Origin: a bacterium
GTDB lineage: Bacteria > Hinthialibacterota > Hinthialibacteria > Hinthialibacterales > Hinthialibacteraceae
Length of the DNA: 64,000 nt
Assembly (NCBI GenBank): GCA_041946805.1
Contig: JBHGBC010000005.1
Location: 1 to 64,000 of the forward strand
Direction of reading: 5' to 3'
The notes beneath the pieces are model-generated. The model ran no database searches. It saw nothing but the letters and a program-made list of their open reading frames with translations, and had not been told where the DNA came from. A program made the position numbers and the translations under genes. Positions 29,809 to 40,333 of the stretch are shown in pieces; within the stretch, counting starts at the first letter, position 1; every line of letters begins with the position of its first letter.

Positions 29809-29873
29809 CTTACGAAATGGATTCCGCTTCCACGGACAGGGCTTCTTCCCCACCCGCGGATGCCGGCGTGGCC

Positions 29874-31019
29874 TCAGCCAGCCGCCAGCATTTCATCCTT
29901 GACCTGAGTGGATTCGCGGACGATCAGCCGTTGGGAAATGACGATCTCCCGCTCGCTCAGGGGCGCGCCCGCGCCGGCCGCCGCGGCGAGTTCCGTCCGC
30001 AAGGCGCGGATGACCGTGTCGGCATATTCGGACCAGCTGCCCGCCACCGTGGACAACCGGGGCGTGGCGTATTGCCCATAGGGATAATCGCCATGGCCAA
30101 TGATGGCGATCTCCTCCGGCACCCGCGCGCCGATGGCCTGCAAACCGCGCATGGCCTCCAAGGCGATGGCGTCGTCGTACGCCAGGATCGCCGTGGGAGC
30201 GTTGGCGCGGTGGAAGAGCGTCTCCAGACGGTTGACATGCACGTGCCATTCCCGGAACAGGGAGGGGGGGATGACCAACTCATCCGGACTCCACAGATTC
30301 CGCTGTTTCATGATGAGCTTGTAGGCGTTCCAGCGTTCGGGCACCGGGCCGAAATCGGCCTCGGCGCCCTTGGGCCCGACATAGGCGATACGCTTGTGCC
30401 CTTGATCCAAAAAATGCTTCAAGGCCGCCATGGCCCCGCCGTAGTAATCGAAACGCACGCAGGTCCAGGGAAGGTTGAAATCTTCCGTCACTTTTTCGCC
30501 CAATATGACTGGCAACTTGTTCTTCCGGAACAACGAGGCCACGCTCACGTGGCGCTTGGGCTCGACGGGAAACCACACCAGGCCCTGCACGCCCTTTTCC
30601 AGCAGCAGACGGGCCTGGTTGAGCTCGGATTCTTCATCCTCCGGCGCATACATGACCAGCGCGTTGATCGAGTTGTCCGCCGCCTCATGGACGAATTCCG
30701 TGACAAAATGCGGAATATCGTTGCGGGAGATGGGCGCCAGCAGGCCGACCACCGGATTCTCCCGGACGGCTTCCTTGGGCGCCTCGCCCCGCTTGACCAC
30801 AAACGTCCCGCTGCCCTGGCGGGATATCAGCCACCCCTGACGTTCCAACTCGGAAACCGCCCGGGTGACGGTGCTCAGGCTCAAACCATGCTCACGCATG
30901 AGCTTTTCCCGCGTGGGCAGCGGATCGCCATGCTTCAACTCTCCGGCTTCGATCTGTTCCCGGAGTTGAAACATGAGTTGAACGTATTTGGGGACACGTA
31001 AGGAATCCAAATTTTTCAC
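29874..31019 (-). CDS. GntR-HTH / LacI-type sugar-binding transcriptional regulator (AraR-like architecture)
   Basis: PKYVQL..GDPLPT...STVTRAV..L..QGSGTFV; C-terminal HKRIAYV, PTAILAYDD, VPEEIAIIGHGD, PRLSTV. Confidence 0.9.
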   Translation of the reverse strand: MKNLDSLRVPKYVQLMFQLREQIEAGELKHGDPLPTREKLMREHGLSLSTVTRAVSELERQGWLISRQGSGTFVVKRGEAPKEAVRENPVVGLLAPISRNDIPHFVTEFVHEAADNSINALVMYAPEDEESELNQARLLLEKGVQGLVWFPVEPKRHVSVASLFRKNKLPVILGEKVTEDFNLPWTCVRFDYYGGAMAALKHFLDQGHKRIAYVGPKGAEADFGPVPERWNAYKLIMKQRNLWSPDELVIPPSLFREWHVHVNRLETLFHRANAPTAILAYDDAIALEAMRGLQAIGARVPEEIAIIGHGDYPYGQYATPRLSTVAGSWSEYADTVIRALRTELAAAAGAGAPLSEREIVISQRLIVRESTQVKDEMLAAG

Positions 31020-31563
31020 AATAACACCTCATCCAAGTACATGAGATAAATCCCTTTCTCTTTTCGCCATAACCTCACAAATGTAGAATTCTTCTAAAAA
31101 ATTCAGCTAGGATTGTTCTTTTGACTGCGTTTCCGCCCGATTTATTCGCTCAATTTTGTTCAAACCTTTTGTAAGAACACTTTTTCTTTTTTAGACTGCC
31201 TTTCCCACAAAAATGTTCGCTTGATCCAATAAAAAACCCAACTATCCCCATCCTCCCGGCAAAAATGATTCATAAAATTATATCGCATTAAATATCTTTT
31301 TTATCTAAAGATCTTTTTAAAACATATCTTAAAAAACCATCCGCGCAACCGTTTGGCGTTCCTCCCCCGGCCTCTCCGTCAGGCGCGCCGGTACTCTTAT
31401 GAATGGTTATCACAGAGATTCCGTATCGTCAGGTAGTTGGATCAATCGGGCGGGAAAATTTGGTTTCTTTAGTGATTCATTATTCCGGTTCCCCGGGAAT
31501 GGGAATACGATTTTCCCCGGGACGCGGCCGGTATCCATCCGGGCATAGCGGCCTGCGGGGAAC

Positions 31564-32112
31564 TTAAATCACTTGCAGCACATGCAGGACGAAATACCCG
31601 GACGCCCCCACGATGGCGAGCCCCAGCAGGATGATGAGAAGGGTGATGAGTGGGCTTTTTTCTTCCTCCTGAAGCGTATTGGAGGGGAAGGCCCGTTCCC
31701 ATTTTTCGTCGGTCAATTTGTATTTGGAATCCAGACTGGTGGATGCCGGCGCGGCTTCCACCGCGGAGGGCGCGCCGGTTTCCGCCGGTTCCGTATCGTT
31801 CGCGGCTTGCGCCCGGCGGGCTTTGGCGACGGCGGCCCGCGTGAGTCGACGCTCGGGCGGTTTTTCGGGCAAGACATCCTTGAGCCCGTCCCAAACCGTC
31901 TTGGTTTTGGGGTGGTCCGGCTGAAGGGTCAGGGCCATTTGATAGTGGTGCTTGGCGTAGCGGAATTCCTCGAGGGAACTGTAACACAGGCCCAGGTAGA
32001 AGTGGATATCGGGATTTTCCTTGTCGTTTTCCAGGGCCAGCAAAAAGGCGTCCAAGGCCTCTTCATAATGCCCATCCTGCGCCAGCTGTTTTCCTTTTTG
32101 AACCAGGTCCAT
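31564..32112 (-). CDS. TPR-repeat protein with C-terminal transmembrane anchor
   Basis: Two TPR motifs (GHYEEAL..F..AL; IHFYLG..Y...A..HYQMAL) and a hydrophobic C-terminus. Confidence 0.8.
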   Translation of the reverse strand: MDLVQKGKQLAQDGHYEEALDAFLLALENDKENPDIHFYLGLCYSSLEEFRYAKHHYQMALTLQPDHPKTKTVWDGLKDVLPEKPPERRLTRAAVAKARRAQAANDTEPAETGAPSAVEAAPASTSLDSKYKLTDEKWERAFPSNTLQEEEKSPLITLLIILLGLAIVGASGYFVLHVLQVI

Positions 32113-32160
32113 GCCCGGACGCCCTTTCCCATAGCGGTTTGCAGGTAGTCTAGTAGCGCC

Positions 32161-33147
32161 TCAACGGTTTTTCCAGACCTGGCCGTTCACCAGATTGGGA
32201 GGCCGCTTCCCCTCGAAAAACGCGATCAGGTTGTCGGCGGCCATGAGTCCCATCCGCCGGCGCGTCTCGATCGTCGCGCTGCCCAGGTGGGGTAGCAGCA
32301 CCGCGTTGGGCGCGTCGAGCAGGCCGGGATGCGCCTCGGGCTCGTTTTCGTACACGTCCAGGCCCGCGGCGGCGATCCAGCCCTCCCGCAAGGCCCGGGC
32401 CAGGGCGGCCTCGTCCACCACGGGGCCGCGGGAAGTATTGATCAACACGGCGTGGGGCTGCATGAGCCGCAGCTCCCGCTCCCCGATCAAGTGACTGGTT
32501 TCGGGCGTCAAGGGAACATGCAGGCTGACGAAATCGCTCTGCCGAAGCACCGTGTCCAGTTCCACCCGCTCCGCGCCATGCGGATAGGAGGCTTCGAATT
32601 CCGGATCCGCCTCTTGCGAGCAATAGAGAACCTTCATCCGGAACGCGGCCGCGCGTTCGGCGAACGCCCGGCCGATGCGCCCCAAACCGGCGATCCCCAA
32701 CACCCGGCCGGTGATATCCCGGCCCAGAAAGAGTTGCGGCCCCCAGCCTTGAAACCGCCCCTCCCGGACATAACGGTCCGCTTCCACCACGCGGCGGGCC
32801 GCGGCGAACAACAACGCCCAGGCCAGGTCGGCGGTGGCTTCGGTCAGCACGCCCGGCGTGTTGGTGACCGCGATGCCGCGGCGGGTGGCTTCGTTCAGAT
32901 CGATGTTGTTGTACCCCACCGCGTAATTGGCGATCACCCGAAGCCGGCCGGCGCGGTCCAACACCTCTTTGTCGATCGTGTCGGTCAGGATGCACAGCAA
33001 ACCGTCCCGGCTCTCCACCTCCCTCAGCAATAGGTCCCGGGGTATGACCCGGTCCTCGGGGTAGACATCCACCTCCAGGGAAGCGGCGCGGAGCTTTTCG
33101 ACGACTCCCGCCGGCAAGGGGCGGGTCTGGTAAATCCGGGGTGGCAT
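32161..33147 (-). CDS. D-2-hydroxyacid dehydrogenase (glyoxylate reductase / D-glycerate dehydrogenase)
   Basis: AVGYNNID, NTPGVLTEATAD, GLGRIG, INTSRG, LDVYENEP and PHLGSAT. Confidence 0.92.
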   Translation of the reverse strand: MPPRIYQTRPLPAGVVEKLRAASLEVDVYPEDRVIPRDLLLREVESRDGLLCILTDTIDKEVLDRAGRLRVIANYAVGYNNIDLNEATRRGIAVTNTPGVLTEATADLAWALLFAAARRVVEADRYVREGRFQGWGPQLFLGRDITGRVLGIAGLGRIGRAFAERAAAFRMKVLYCSQEADPEFEASYPHGAERVELDTVLRQSDFVSLHVPLTPETSHLIGERELRLMQPHAVLINTSRGPVVDEAALARALREGWIAAAGLDVYENEPEAHPGLLDAPNAVLLPHLGSATIETRRRMGLMAADNLIAFFEGKRPPNLVNGQVWKNR

Positions 33148-33475
33148 GAGACACCTCCCTGATGGGATTCAAGGCTTCCAACCAATACCTTGTGGGAACA
33201 TGGCCGGGAGTGAAAGCCCATCATTGCGGCTCATCCAGCCAGTGCATACATTTTCCCAGCGGTGGAATCCGTATCCAAGGGATCAGGCCGGAAAGAACCA
33301 CCCCAATTCCCTCTCCCTCCAGGAGAGGACCCGGTTGAGGGAAAATCCTGGAAGGGCGGAATAGATTCTATCCGTGACTTTGGGTAACTATTTGTATAAT
33401 GTTAATTTGCGCCTCATGGATAAATCCGCGGAACCTCATGACATCGGCCCATCACCTTCCAAGGAATCCCGGTCC

Positions 33476-34462
33476 TCAATGCGACCGTTTGTCGACCCGG
33501 AAAGCGCTGCGGGGGGGATAGGCGTTCTTGGTGATGGACTTGGTGTATTCCTTCATCTCCGCCGCGAGTTCCGTGAGCTGCAGATAACTTTCAATCCGGC
33601 GGTTCTCGTTGCTCACGATGCCGATGGCCACGGTCATGATGGGGAAATGCATCTCTTCCCCCTGCCGGGAACGGGAATGAATATAACCGGCTTCCTGGTC
33701 ATCCTCATTATATTGGAAGGGGATGAGTATGTCGAAACTCTTCGTGACATACTCGCAAACAGGAACCACGCAGGCGTTGTGAAGAATGATGACGAAATCA
33801 TCGCCCCCGATATGCCCCACAAAATCGCCTTGCCCGCCGAATAGGCTGACCCCTTCGTTGAGAATGGTGGCCAGGATGCGGATCACGTTGTCTCCCCGCC
33901 GGTAACCATACTTGTCGTTGTACGCCTTGAAATAATCGATATCGACATAGCACAGGGCCAGCGGCTGGTTGGCGGCCAGGCGGCGGATGGTCTGCTCCTC
34001 GACGTACACCGCGCCGGGCAGCCCGGTCAGGGGATTGGAGATCTGCAACCGGGTATTGCGCCGGATGCTGGTGTTGATGCGGGCCACGAGGATTTCCGGC
34101 CACAAGGGTTTGCGGAGAAAATCTTCCGCCCCGGCCTCCAGCGCCTGGATTTCGATCGACACATCCTGGCTGCCGTACGCCACGATGATCGGTTTCGTGA
34201 AGGTCATGGGATTGTCCTTCAGCTTCTGGATGATCCCGATCGCCTCGGAATCCAGGCTGTCCAGATCCATCAGCAGAACATTGGGGATGTTGGCGATGAT
34301 ATGATCGTATAACCCCCGCGTGGAGGGAAACGTGTCAATGATGAACCCGGCCCCCCGCAAATGATGCAGATAGGGCGTCTCCAACGTCTTCTCCCCAGCG
34401 GCGACCAAGGTTCGGGGTTCTTCCAAGATGGGAAATCCGCCGGATATCTTTGGATTCGGCAT
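33476..34462 (-). CDS. Response regulator-diguanylate cyclase (REC-GGDEF)
   Basis: LLMD, GAEDFLRKP, NPLTGLPG, DIDYFKAYNDKYG and HIGGDDF. Start at 34462 inferred. Confidence 0.88.
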   Translation of the reverse strand: MPNPKISGGFPILEEPRTLVAAGEKTLETPYLHHLRGAGFIIDTFPSTRGLYDHIIANIPNVLLMDLDSLDSEAIGIIQKLKDNPMTFTKPIIVAYGSQDVSIEIQALEAGAEDFLRKPLWPEILVARINTSIRRNTRLQISNPLTGLPGAVYVEEQTIRRLAANQPLALCYVDIDYFKAYNDKYGYRRGDNVIRILATILNEGVSLFGGQGDFVGHIGGDDFVIILHNACVVPVCEYVTKSFDILIPFQYNEDDQEAGYIHSRSRQGEEMHFPIMTVAIGIVSNENRRIESYLQLTELAAEMKEYTKSITKNAYPPRSAFRVDKRSH

Positions 34463-34772
34463 AATCGTTTCAGGTGGTATAACCTGGGCCTTCCAATAAA
34501 TACAGCACCGATCATCGGTAGATGCCCCAATCCATCGGCTTTTCAACGCATTCCAACTCGTTGGAATTTATAATAATAATCGCATGAATCCATTCCACGC
34601 AATCCCCATGTTTCCCCTTGTACACGGAATTTCGTTCCCATTCAACACCCGAATCGTAAAAATCGTAAATCCGTTTAACAACCGGAACGGGAATCCCCCC
34701 CCTTTCGGCTTGCCTGTCAAGCGGCGTGTTGCCACATCCCCCAACGGCCATCGTCCTGGAAAGATCCCGACT

Positions 34773-37700
34773 TTACGGGAACCGGGCCTTCACCACCCGG
34801 TGGTTGTAACTGTCCGCGATGTACATGGCGCCTTGCCCATCCACCGCGATGCCCTTGGGGCCGCGCAACTGGCCCGGCCCGTTGCCTTCGCCGCCCGCCT
34901 GCATCACCGCCCGCCCGCTGGGTTCGAACCGGTGGACGGTGTTCGTGGTGGAATCGGTCACATAGACGAAACCCTTGGCGTCCACCGCCACGTACGGCTC
35001 GATCCAGGACAACGCGGCGTCGCTGGCGGCCTTCCAGCCCAGCAGTGAAAACTGGCGGACGAACCGGCCCTGGGGGGTGAAGGCGGCCACGCGCTTCATT
35101 CCGACATCGCAGATGTAGAGCAAGCCGTCCAGCCCCAACGTGATTCCCACCGGCTCCTGCAGCATGCCCTGAATGACGGCGCCCGCATAGGTCCCGTCGG
35201 GATTGAACTTCACCACCCGGTGTTTTCCGGTATCTGTTACAAAGACCACGCCTTCCTTGGTGACGGCCAGCCCCCGGGGAAAATAGAACGAATCGGCGGG
35301 GGGCGGGGCCAGCGGCGGCAGGGGCTGCCCCGACGCGTTGTAGCGGTTGATGCGCCCGTTCCCTTCCGCCCAGGTGTCGGTGACGAAGATGGTCCCGTCC
35401 GGCCCGGCGCCGATCCCGCCGTTCGGGCCGTTGCCGTATTGGTAAAACACGCGCAACTCGCCCAGGCCGGTGCCCGGACCGCCGAAATAGCCGACAAAAT
35501 TCAACTCCGTGTCGAAAACCTGGATCCGGCCGTTGCGGGCGTCGAGCACGTACAGCAACTTCTCGTCGGGCGACAACGCCACGCCCCGCGGCTCGTTGAA
35601 TTGCCCCAGTTCCGCGCCGAACTGTCCCACCATCTTGACCACCGCCAGGGGCGCCGCCGGCTTTTCGTAGCCTTGGGCCACCTGCAGGGTCTCTTCCGGC
35701 GCAATCAGCGGGGTTTTGACGTAAAACAGCGTGTCCGTGGAACTCGGCTGGATGGCGGGGTCCTGCGGATCCCACACCTGCCGGTAGAGAATGTAGTTCC
35801 ACAGCATGCGCCAACCCTCGCTGGGCGGCAGATTGCGCCGCAGCGCGTAGTTGAAGGGCAGCTCGTGCATCAGCGCCGGAGTCCCCAGCCGGTCGGCGGG
35901 CGGCGGCGGCCACCACAGGCGGTGCTTGATCCTCCGCTTGGTGTACTGCCCCTTGGCCCACACCTTCATGTTGTCTTCCAGCCCGGTATCGACCACCGCG
36001 TACGGAATGTTGGCCGGCGGCATGCCCTCGGTCGGAGTGATCATGTAGTTTCGGAAATACCAGTAATACGGCCACTGGGATTCACCCTGAAACGCCGCGA
36101 TCAACTTGGATGGGTGGGGCGGCTGGTACTCCGGACCCAGTTTCTCCGCTCCTTCCCGGATTTCCCGCACGACCTCCTTCACGTAGTGGCCGGTCTGCGT
36201 GTAGACCATCAATTCCCGCGGATCGTCCGGCCGCAGGAGATTCAGCTGCACCCCGGTGCGCATGGCGTACGCCAGGAACAATCCCAGCACCAGAGTGTAG
36301 AATTTCCTCATCCACCCCGCGGGAACCGCCTCCCACAAATCGCCGATGAACACGCCCGCCAGCATCGCCAGCGGCTGGACCTGGTGCACCATCAGCCAGG
36401 GCACCTTTTCGTTCAGCAGCGCGTAGATTAAAAGGGAGAGTACGCTCCAATACAAAAAGAAAATCCTCAGCCCATCCGGGGAAAAGCGGGATTCGTTTTC
36501 CTCTTCGGCCGGTTCCTGGTTCAACAATCCCGCTGGAATGAACGAGAACAAGCCGGCCATCTTGCGGGCCAGCACGATCCCGATGGCCGCGCAGACCGCG
36601 ATGAACCACACCAGCACCGTGGCGAGGGGTTTGCCGCTTTTCAGCAGCACCACCTGCCAATAGGTATACACCGATGCCCAGAAGGCGATTTGAAACGCCG
36701 CGAAATAGACGGGCCCGAAAGCCTTCCATGTGTACACCACAAACGCCAGGACCGCGAAGCAGACCATCACCGGCTCGTAGAGCAACAGGCGCGGCAGGTA
36801 ATAATCCGGAGGACCGGCGATACGCGGCTGCATCCCCTGCTGCCCCATCCAGTACAGCAGGTAGTCAACCACCCCGGCCTTCATCCCCGCCGGATAGTGG
36901 CCCATGTTGGTGAACAGAAACGCAAACGTCGCGAAGGCCAACAGCACCGCGCACAGCACGGGAAGATTGTTCTTCGCCAGGCGGGTGAACCACGAGCCCT
37001 CCGCCGCTGGCTCCCCGGCCGCCCGCCGGAGATACGCGTACAACAGAAACAACACCGCCACCCCGAGCACCGCCACGGCTACCCACAAGGGAATCAGGCG
37101 GGGATGCGCCTCGTTGAAACGGTTCCACGTCTCCCGCAGGATGCCGATGGTCAGGTCGGGCGTTCCCCAGGCGGAACGCAGTTGCTGGGCGAAGTTCTTG
37201 AACTCCTCCCGCGTGGTTTCCCAATAGATCAGGGAAAAGGCCGCGCCCGAGAAGAGGCCATACAAGGTCAGCACTTTCACGAACGGCGCGCGCTCGGCGA
37301 AGATTTCATACAACGCCTTCTTCCGGATATCGGCCTGGTAACTGAAATAATAATAAATCCCGTATAAGGTGGCGAACGATCCGAGCATGAAGCCCGTCAT
37401 GTACGAATTTTCCTTGGTGCAGTACAACAACGCCAGGAAAAAGGTCATCAGGATGAGATGAACCCCGCGCCGGAACCGGAAATACTCGAGGGCGTACAGC
37501 ACGATGCCCGCCGCCCAGGCCGCCATGTAGATGTCGTTGCGGGCGAAGCGGGAAAAATAGATCAGCGTCGGCGAGGTGGCCGTCAGCAGCAGGCAGGCGA
37601 ACGCCCCGCTGGTCCCGATCCACGGCCGCAGCCGCCAGATCAGGTAGAACATGAAGATGCCTACGCAGACATACGGCAGCCGGCCCACATAGTCGTAATC

Positions 37701-37946
37701 GCCGAAGAGCAGAAAGAACAATCCCCCGAAGTGAAACAAAAACTGCCCGTGATATGTCGGATCGTAGGTGTGCTGGTAGTTCCCCTTGTAAAACTGATGG
37801 GCGTAGTAGGCGTGAATGGATTCGTCATGATGATAGGCCATCCGGTCGAGATCATACAAACGGACGAACGCTCCGAACACCACGACGGTCAATATCGCCA
37901 GGCCCAGCCGGGTGACCGGAATGATTTCCTGGGTTGAGGAAGACAT
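34773..37946 (-). CDS. TIGR03663-like GT-C membrane glycosyltransferase fused to a C-terminal NHL beta-propeller
   Basis: HHDESIH, YDPTYHG, SRFARND, TKEN, EKVPWL and LMVYTQT; many TM helices; NHL repeats (FNEPRGVA, FPRGLAV, PKGIAVD..YIADSYNHRV). Confidence 0.85.
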   Translation of the reverse strand: MSSSTQEIIPVTRLGLAILTVVVFGAFVRLYDLDRMAYHHDESIHAYYAHQFYKGNYQHTYDPTYHGQFLFHFGGLFFLLFGDYDYVGRLPYVCVGIFMFYLIWRLRPWIGTSGAFACLLLTATSPTLIYFSRFARNDIYMAAWAAGIVLYALEYFRFRRGVHLILMTFFLALLYCTKENSYMTGFMLGSFATLYGIYYYFSYQADIRKKALYEIFAERAPFVKVLTLYGLFSGAAFSLIYWETTREEFKNFAQQLRSAWGTPDLTIGILRETWNRFNEAHPRLIPLWVAVAVLGVAVLFLLYAYLRRAAGEPAAEGSWFTRLAKNNLPVLCAVLLAFATFAFLFTNMGHYPAGMKAGVVDYLLYWMGQQGMQPRIAGPPDYYLPRLLLYEPVMVCFAVLAFVVYTWKAFGPVYFAAFQIAFWASVYTYWQVVLLKSGKPLATVLVWFIAVCAAIGIVLARKMAGLFSFIPAGLLNQEPAEEENESRFSPDGLRIFFLYWSVLSLLIYALLNEKVPWLMVHQVQPLAMLAGVFIGDLWEAVPAGWMRKFYTLVLGLFLAYAMRTGVQLNLLRPDDPRELMVYTQTGHYVKEVVREIREGAEKLGPEYQPPHPSKLIAAFQGESQWPYYWYFRNYMITPTEGMPPANIPYAVVDTGLEDNMKVWAKGQYTKRRIKHRLWWPPPPADRLGTPALMHELPFNYALRRNLPPSEGWRMLWNYILYRQVWDPQDPAIQPSSTDTLFYVKTPLIAPEETLQVAQGYEKPAAPLAVVKMVGQFGAELGQFNEPRGVALSPDEKLLYVLDARNGRIQVFDTELNFVGYFGGPGTGLGELRVFYQYGNGPNGGIGAGPDGTIFVTDTWAEGNGRINRYNASGQPLPPLAPPPADSFYFPRGLAVTKEGVVFVTDTGKHRVVKFNPDGTYAGAVIQGMLQEPVGITLGLDGLLYICDVGMKRVAAFTPQGRFVRQFSLLGWKAASDAALSWIEPYVAVDAKGFVYVTDSTTNTVHRFEPSGRAVMQAGGEGNGPGQLRGPKGIAVDGQGAMYIADSYNHRVVKARFP

Positions 37947-38088
37947 GCGAATCGCGGCGGCTCCTTGCTCGATAAGGTAGGATGATTTTTGTGGCGTTCG
38001 TATTATTTGTCTAGGCCGAGGCGGATACGGCCCGGCGTAACACCCCCTCTCCCTCTGGACTGATCCATACTCACAAGTCTTACCAGGA

Positions 38089-38231
38089 TGTCATCCCCGC
38101 GCCAGCGGGGATCCAGTCATGGTGGATGGGTTAGCGCGAAGCGCATAACCCATCCGATCCGGGTCATCCCGTCCATCCCGTCCATCCTGCCCATCCTGAT
38201 TTTGAGAAACCTCCGCGTCCTCCGCGGTGAA
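38089..38231 (+). repeat. Stack of four different repeat families
   Basis: TGTCATCCCCGCGCCAGCGGGGAT hairpin, GATGGGTTAGCGCGAAGCGCATAACCCATC hairpin, a family B array and a family C unit in succession. Confidence 0.75.
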
Positions 38232-38477
38232 TCCCCCCGGCCGCGCTGGCCGTGGGGGATGGTGTCGTTTCTCGGGGCGGGATTCGAATGAGGACTCTCG
38301 TCTCACTTCTCCTTGGCTCCCCTTTTGATCCAATCCCCCAGACACGGCGGCAGGCATCCGGTGGGCTTTTTGAATTGCGCGGCGGGATACAGGCCGCCAA
38401 AATGCCTTTGTCCCTCATCATGAACCCGGCTCCAGGGCGGGACGGATTCTATCCGTACTCCAGAGAAAGGACGCGGC

Positions 38478-39251
38478 ATGATGAATCACTCCCTAGCGAT
38501 CATGGGATGGCTAAGTCTGTTGTTGATCGGCGTATCGCCGGGCGCGCGGGCGAAGGAAGAAGGCCGTCAAGGGGAAATGGTGACGTTCGCCAGCGGTTCG
38601 GAAACCATCCAGGGCTACCTCGCCCGGCCCGCCGGGGACGGCCCCCATCCGGCCATTCTCCTCATCCACGAATGGTGGGGCCTGAACGACTGGATGAAAG
38701 GCAACGCGGACCGCTTCGCGCAACAAGGCTACACCGCGCTGGCGGTCGACCTGTACCGGGGAGCAGTGGCCCAGGACCGCGACGTGGCTCACGAACTCTC
38801 GCGCGGATTGCCCGAAGACCGGGCCGCGCGCGACCTGCAAGGCGCGTTCGCGTACCTGCAATCCCGTCCGGATGTCCGGAAAGACAAGATCGGGGTGTCC
38901 GGCTGGTGCATGGGCGGCGGATACGCACTCCAGGCGGCGTTGAAGATTTCGGGATTGAAGGCCTGCGTCATCTGCTACGGCCGGCTGGTGCTGGACGCGA
39001 ACACCCTCAAACCCATCCCCTGCCCTCTCCTGGGCATTTTCGGGGGCCAGGACCGCGGCATCCCGCCGGAGATGGTGCATCAATTCGAAGCCGCGTGTAA
39101 AACCGCCGGGAAAGAGGTCACGGCCCATATCTACGAGAAATCCGGCCATGCCTTCATGAATCCCAACAACGCTTCCGGTTATAATGCCGGTGACGCCCGG
39201 GACGCCTGGGCCCAAATCGACGCCTTTTTCGAACAAACATTGAAAAAATAA
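38478..39251 (+). CDS. Dienelactone hydrolase family protein (signal peptide)
   Basis: IHEWWGLN, GWCMGG, G.QD and HAF.N. Confidence 0.92.
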   Translation: MMNHSLAIMGWLSLLLIGVSPGARAKEEGRQGEMVTFASGSETIQGYLARPAGDGPHPAILLIHEWWGLNDWMKGNADRFAQQGYTALAVDLYRGAVAQDRDVAHELSRGLPEDRAARDLQGAFAYLQSRPDVRKDKIGVSGWCMGGGYALQAALKISGLKACVICYGRLVLDANTLKPIPCPLLGIFGGQDRGIPPEMVHQFEAACKTAGKEVTAHIYEKSGHAFMNPNNASGYNAGDARDAWAQIDAFFEQTLKK

Positions 39252-39275
39252 AACTCCGAAGGTGAGGGCCCTGTT

Positions 39276-39438
39276 GTGACGCGGGCCTCTTGCCTGCGCT
39301 TATTTCATTTCCCAAAACCGGGGAGGGCGAGGCTTCCGCCGGGCCGCTTTTTCCCGAAACGAGGATCGCCCTTATCCGGCCCACCCGGAGGTTCGCCCTC
39401 CCATTCCCCTCTCCCTCTGGGAGAGGGCCCAGTGAGGG
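39276..39438 (+). repeat. Repeat stack: GTG-type REP, inverted GGGAGGGCGA...TCGCCCTCCC element and family A
   Basis: Inverted arms at 39321 and about 39393-39402; a related half-copy near 25204. Confidence 0.7.
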
Positions 39439-39650
39439 CATTTTGTAGTCCAGACATCCGGGCCGCCACGCTCCTTTTCGTCCCTTTCGTCCGTAGAGTC
39501 CTTTCTCCCTGCCCTCCGTGATTCACTTCCCGCGGATCCCCCCTCTGCGCCTCCGCGCTGCTTGATCGAATCCCCGCCGGATGCTACCTTTTCCCCTTTG
39601 GAACCCGTTAAGGATCCAACCAAACCGAAATCGCTCTCGACAGGGGGACC

Positions 39651-40067
39651 ATGGAAGAGACGCTGCTGCTGATCAAACCCGATGGAGTGCAACGCAAACT
39701 GGTGGGAGAGATCATCACCCGGCTGGAAAAGCGGGGCTGGGACTTGGCCGGGATGAAACTGATGCGCATGTCCCGCGAGCTGGCCTGCCGGCATTACGCC
39801 GAGCACCAAGGCAAGCCCTTCTTCGAGGAGTTGATCAACTACATCACCGAGGGGCCGCTGGTGGCCATGGTCTGGCGGGGAGAATCCATCGTCTCCGCCC
39901 TGCGGCTGATGATGGGAAAGACCAATCCCGCGCAGGCGGATCCCGGGACCATCCGGGGCGATCTGGCGAACAATTTCACGCGCAACATCGTGCACGGCAG
40001 CGATTCGCCGGAAAGCGCGAAGCGCGAGGTGGCGCTCTTCTTCAAGCGGGAGGAACTTTGCGGATGA
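39651..40067 (+). CDS. ndk: Nucleoside-diphosphate kinase
   Basis: [15 protein letters not shown] and NIVHGSDS. Confidence 0.97.
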   Translation: MEETLLLIKPDGVQRKLVGEIITRLEKRGWDLAGMKLMRMSRELACRHYAEHQGKPFFEELINYITEGPLVAMVWRGESIVSALRLMMGKTNPAQADPGTIRGDLANNFTRNIVHGSDSPESAKREVALFFKREELCG

Positions 40068-40195
40068 CCGGCGGCCGCGTTCCGGCGCCGGGGCGGGATA
40101 CGGAAAAGGATGTCCGAAAATGCCGCGTACGAGTTACCTCCGCGATTAGTTTGTGCTATACTACTGACACAATTCCTTCGCAAAAGATTTCCTTT

Positions 40196-40272
40196 GGCGG
40201 CGTAGCTCAGCTGGTTAGAGCACACGGCTCATATCCGTGGCGTCCGGGGTTCAAGTCCCTGCGCCGCTACCA
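40196..40272 (+). tRNA. tRNA-Met (CAT), elongator-type
   Basis: GGCGGCG/CGCCGCT acceptor stem, AGCTCAGCTGGTTAGAGC D-arm, CTCATAT anticodon loop, GGTTCAAGTCC T-arm, encoded CCA. The 1:72 pair argues against an initiator; Ile2 is not strictly excluded. Extended -10 TGCTATACT lies upstream. Confidence 0.92.
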
Positions 40273-40283
40273 ACGCCCATCCT

Positions 40284-40322
40284 CCGGTAACTCAATGATT
40301 CCTAATGAGTTGCCGGTTTTTT
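40284..40322 (+). terminator. Probable terminator after the tRNA
   Basis: CCGGTAACTC...GAGTTGCCGG followed by T6. Confidence 0.6.
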
Positions 40323-40333
40323 GTAGGTGAAGC

